A stretch of 63,893 nt of DNA, counting the filler, from Choristocarpus tenellus KU-1152 (Eukaryota > Protista > Phaeophyceae), in NCBI GenBank assembly GCA_964200185.2. It is 12 parts of 12 records of this genome, joined end to end, with 100 filler letters (N's around TTAATTAATTAA, not from the genome) between each part and the next. Parts side by side here need not be neighbours in the genome. Positions count along the whole stretch, not along the records: positions 60,724 to 63,893 come from CAXNAD020021804.1; 11 more parts are not named here. One strand, written 5' to 3'. Positions 63,240 through 63,893 of the stretch are shown one piece after another (the stretch's first letter is position 1; every line of letters starts with the position of its first letter). The notes below the pieces were generated by a model. The model had not been told where the DNA came from. It was given only the letters and a program-made list of their open reading frames with translations, and did no database searches. Position numbers and translations under genes: made by a program.

Positions 63240-63893
63240 TAAGCAAATCATTTCTGTCCTGTTGAGTTCCTCCCAATCTCCATCTTCGAAAGGTATTGTC
63301 CAATACGATGACTTGAAATCAAAACCTTTTCCTGAGCACCAAGTGACGATTCCTCTTTTGTCTTTCCGTGACTTCTTTGACAGATGTAACTGTGGGTCAC
63401 AAACAAAGCACACCTTTGCTCTCTCAGCCACCTGTGATTGAATTGTGACCGATCAAACTGCTGTTTTTTCTGTAACTTTTGTGAATCGTGTGATTCTGTG
63501 GCGGCGTGGTTCACTCAGGCAAGGGTGGTGAAGAGAATCACCAGGCAAGACCACATGAATAAGGACGAACCATAACCGAGGGTACGAGGTTAAGGTTGGA
63601 CAAGTGCAAACTTAGGAGAGATGAGCACCATCAAAGGTGGGGCTTCATCACCACCAGTCAAGGCGTGAGAATAAAGTGGATCTTCCATGTGTGACAACTC
63701 TGAATGATGAGCTGTCCCAAGTCTATGTGATTGGTCACATGAAGAGAATTCCATGGTTTCATTCTAACGGAAAGTCCGTCAGTGAAATCATGGACTCTTG
63801 ACTGGGAACCACAAATCGGTACAACGGTATAACGGTGTATGACGTATGGCAATAACGGGATAATAACAGGCAAACATGCTTTCCACATCACCC
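63240..63893 (-). mobile_element. Probable 3' end of a retrotransposon pol (Ty3/gypsy-like) ending in a Tudor-like domain
   Basis: GKGFDFKSSYWTIPFEDGDWEELNRTEM fits the Tudor-like pattern W/YxVxY/FEDGDxEEL; upstream frames are broken; followed by a repeat-rich non-coding region. Confidence 0.4.

Overview
Eukaryotic, repeat-rich genomic DNA. It is not one continuous locus: 12 short contigs (3.4-9.8 kb) are joined by 11 identical 100-bp artificial spacers (N44-TTAATTAATTAA-N44), so nothing can be inferred across spacers. GT-AG introns, interstitial TTAGGG tracts and the TE repertoire suggest a stramenopile, possibly a brown alga (inference). Two complete genes can be built by hand: a 4-exon PP2C/PPM protein phosphatase (3283-6267, +, 462 aa) and a 2-exon AMT1-type ammonium transporter (43972-46587, +, 456 aa). 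There is also a phase-consistent 3-exon fragment of an unknown gene (54159-56495) and a few orphan exons. The rest is mobile-element debris (two Ty1/copia remnants, a DIRS-like remnant, a probable Ty3/gypsy 3' end, degenerate LINEs, a poly(A) retroposon family with a 14-bp TSD) and tandem repeats. The most striking structure is a dense non-autonomous DNA transposon system: about 23 copies or fragments of two MITE families share a 14-bp terminus (typically GRNNN-AAAGTATCT), make 4-bp target-site duplications, insert into each other and sit at 9 of the 22 contig ends. Termini and TSD length best fit Sola2. No CRISPR array, rRNA or intact tRNA was found.
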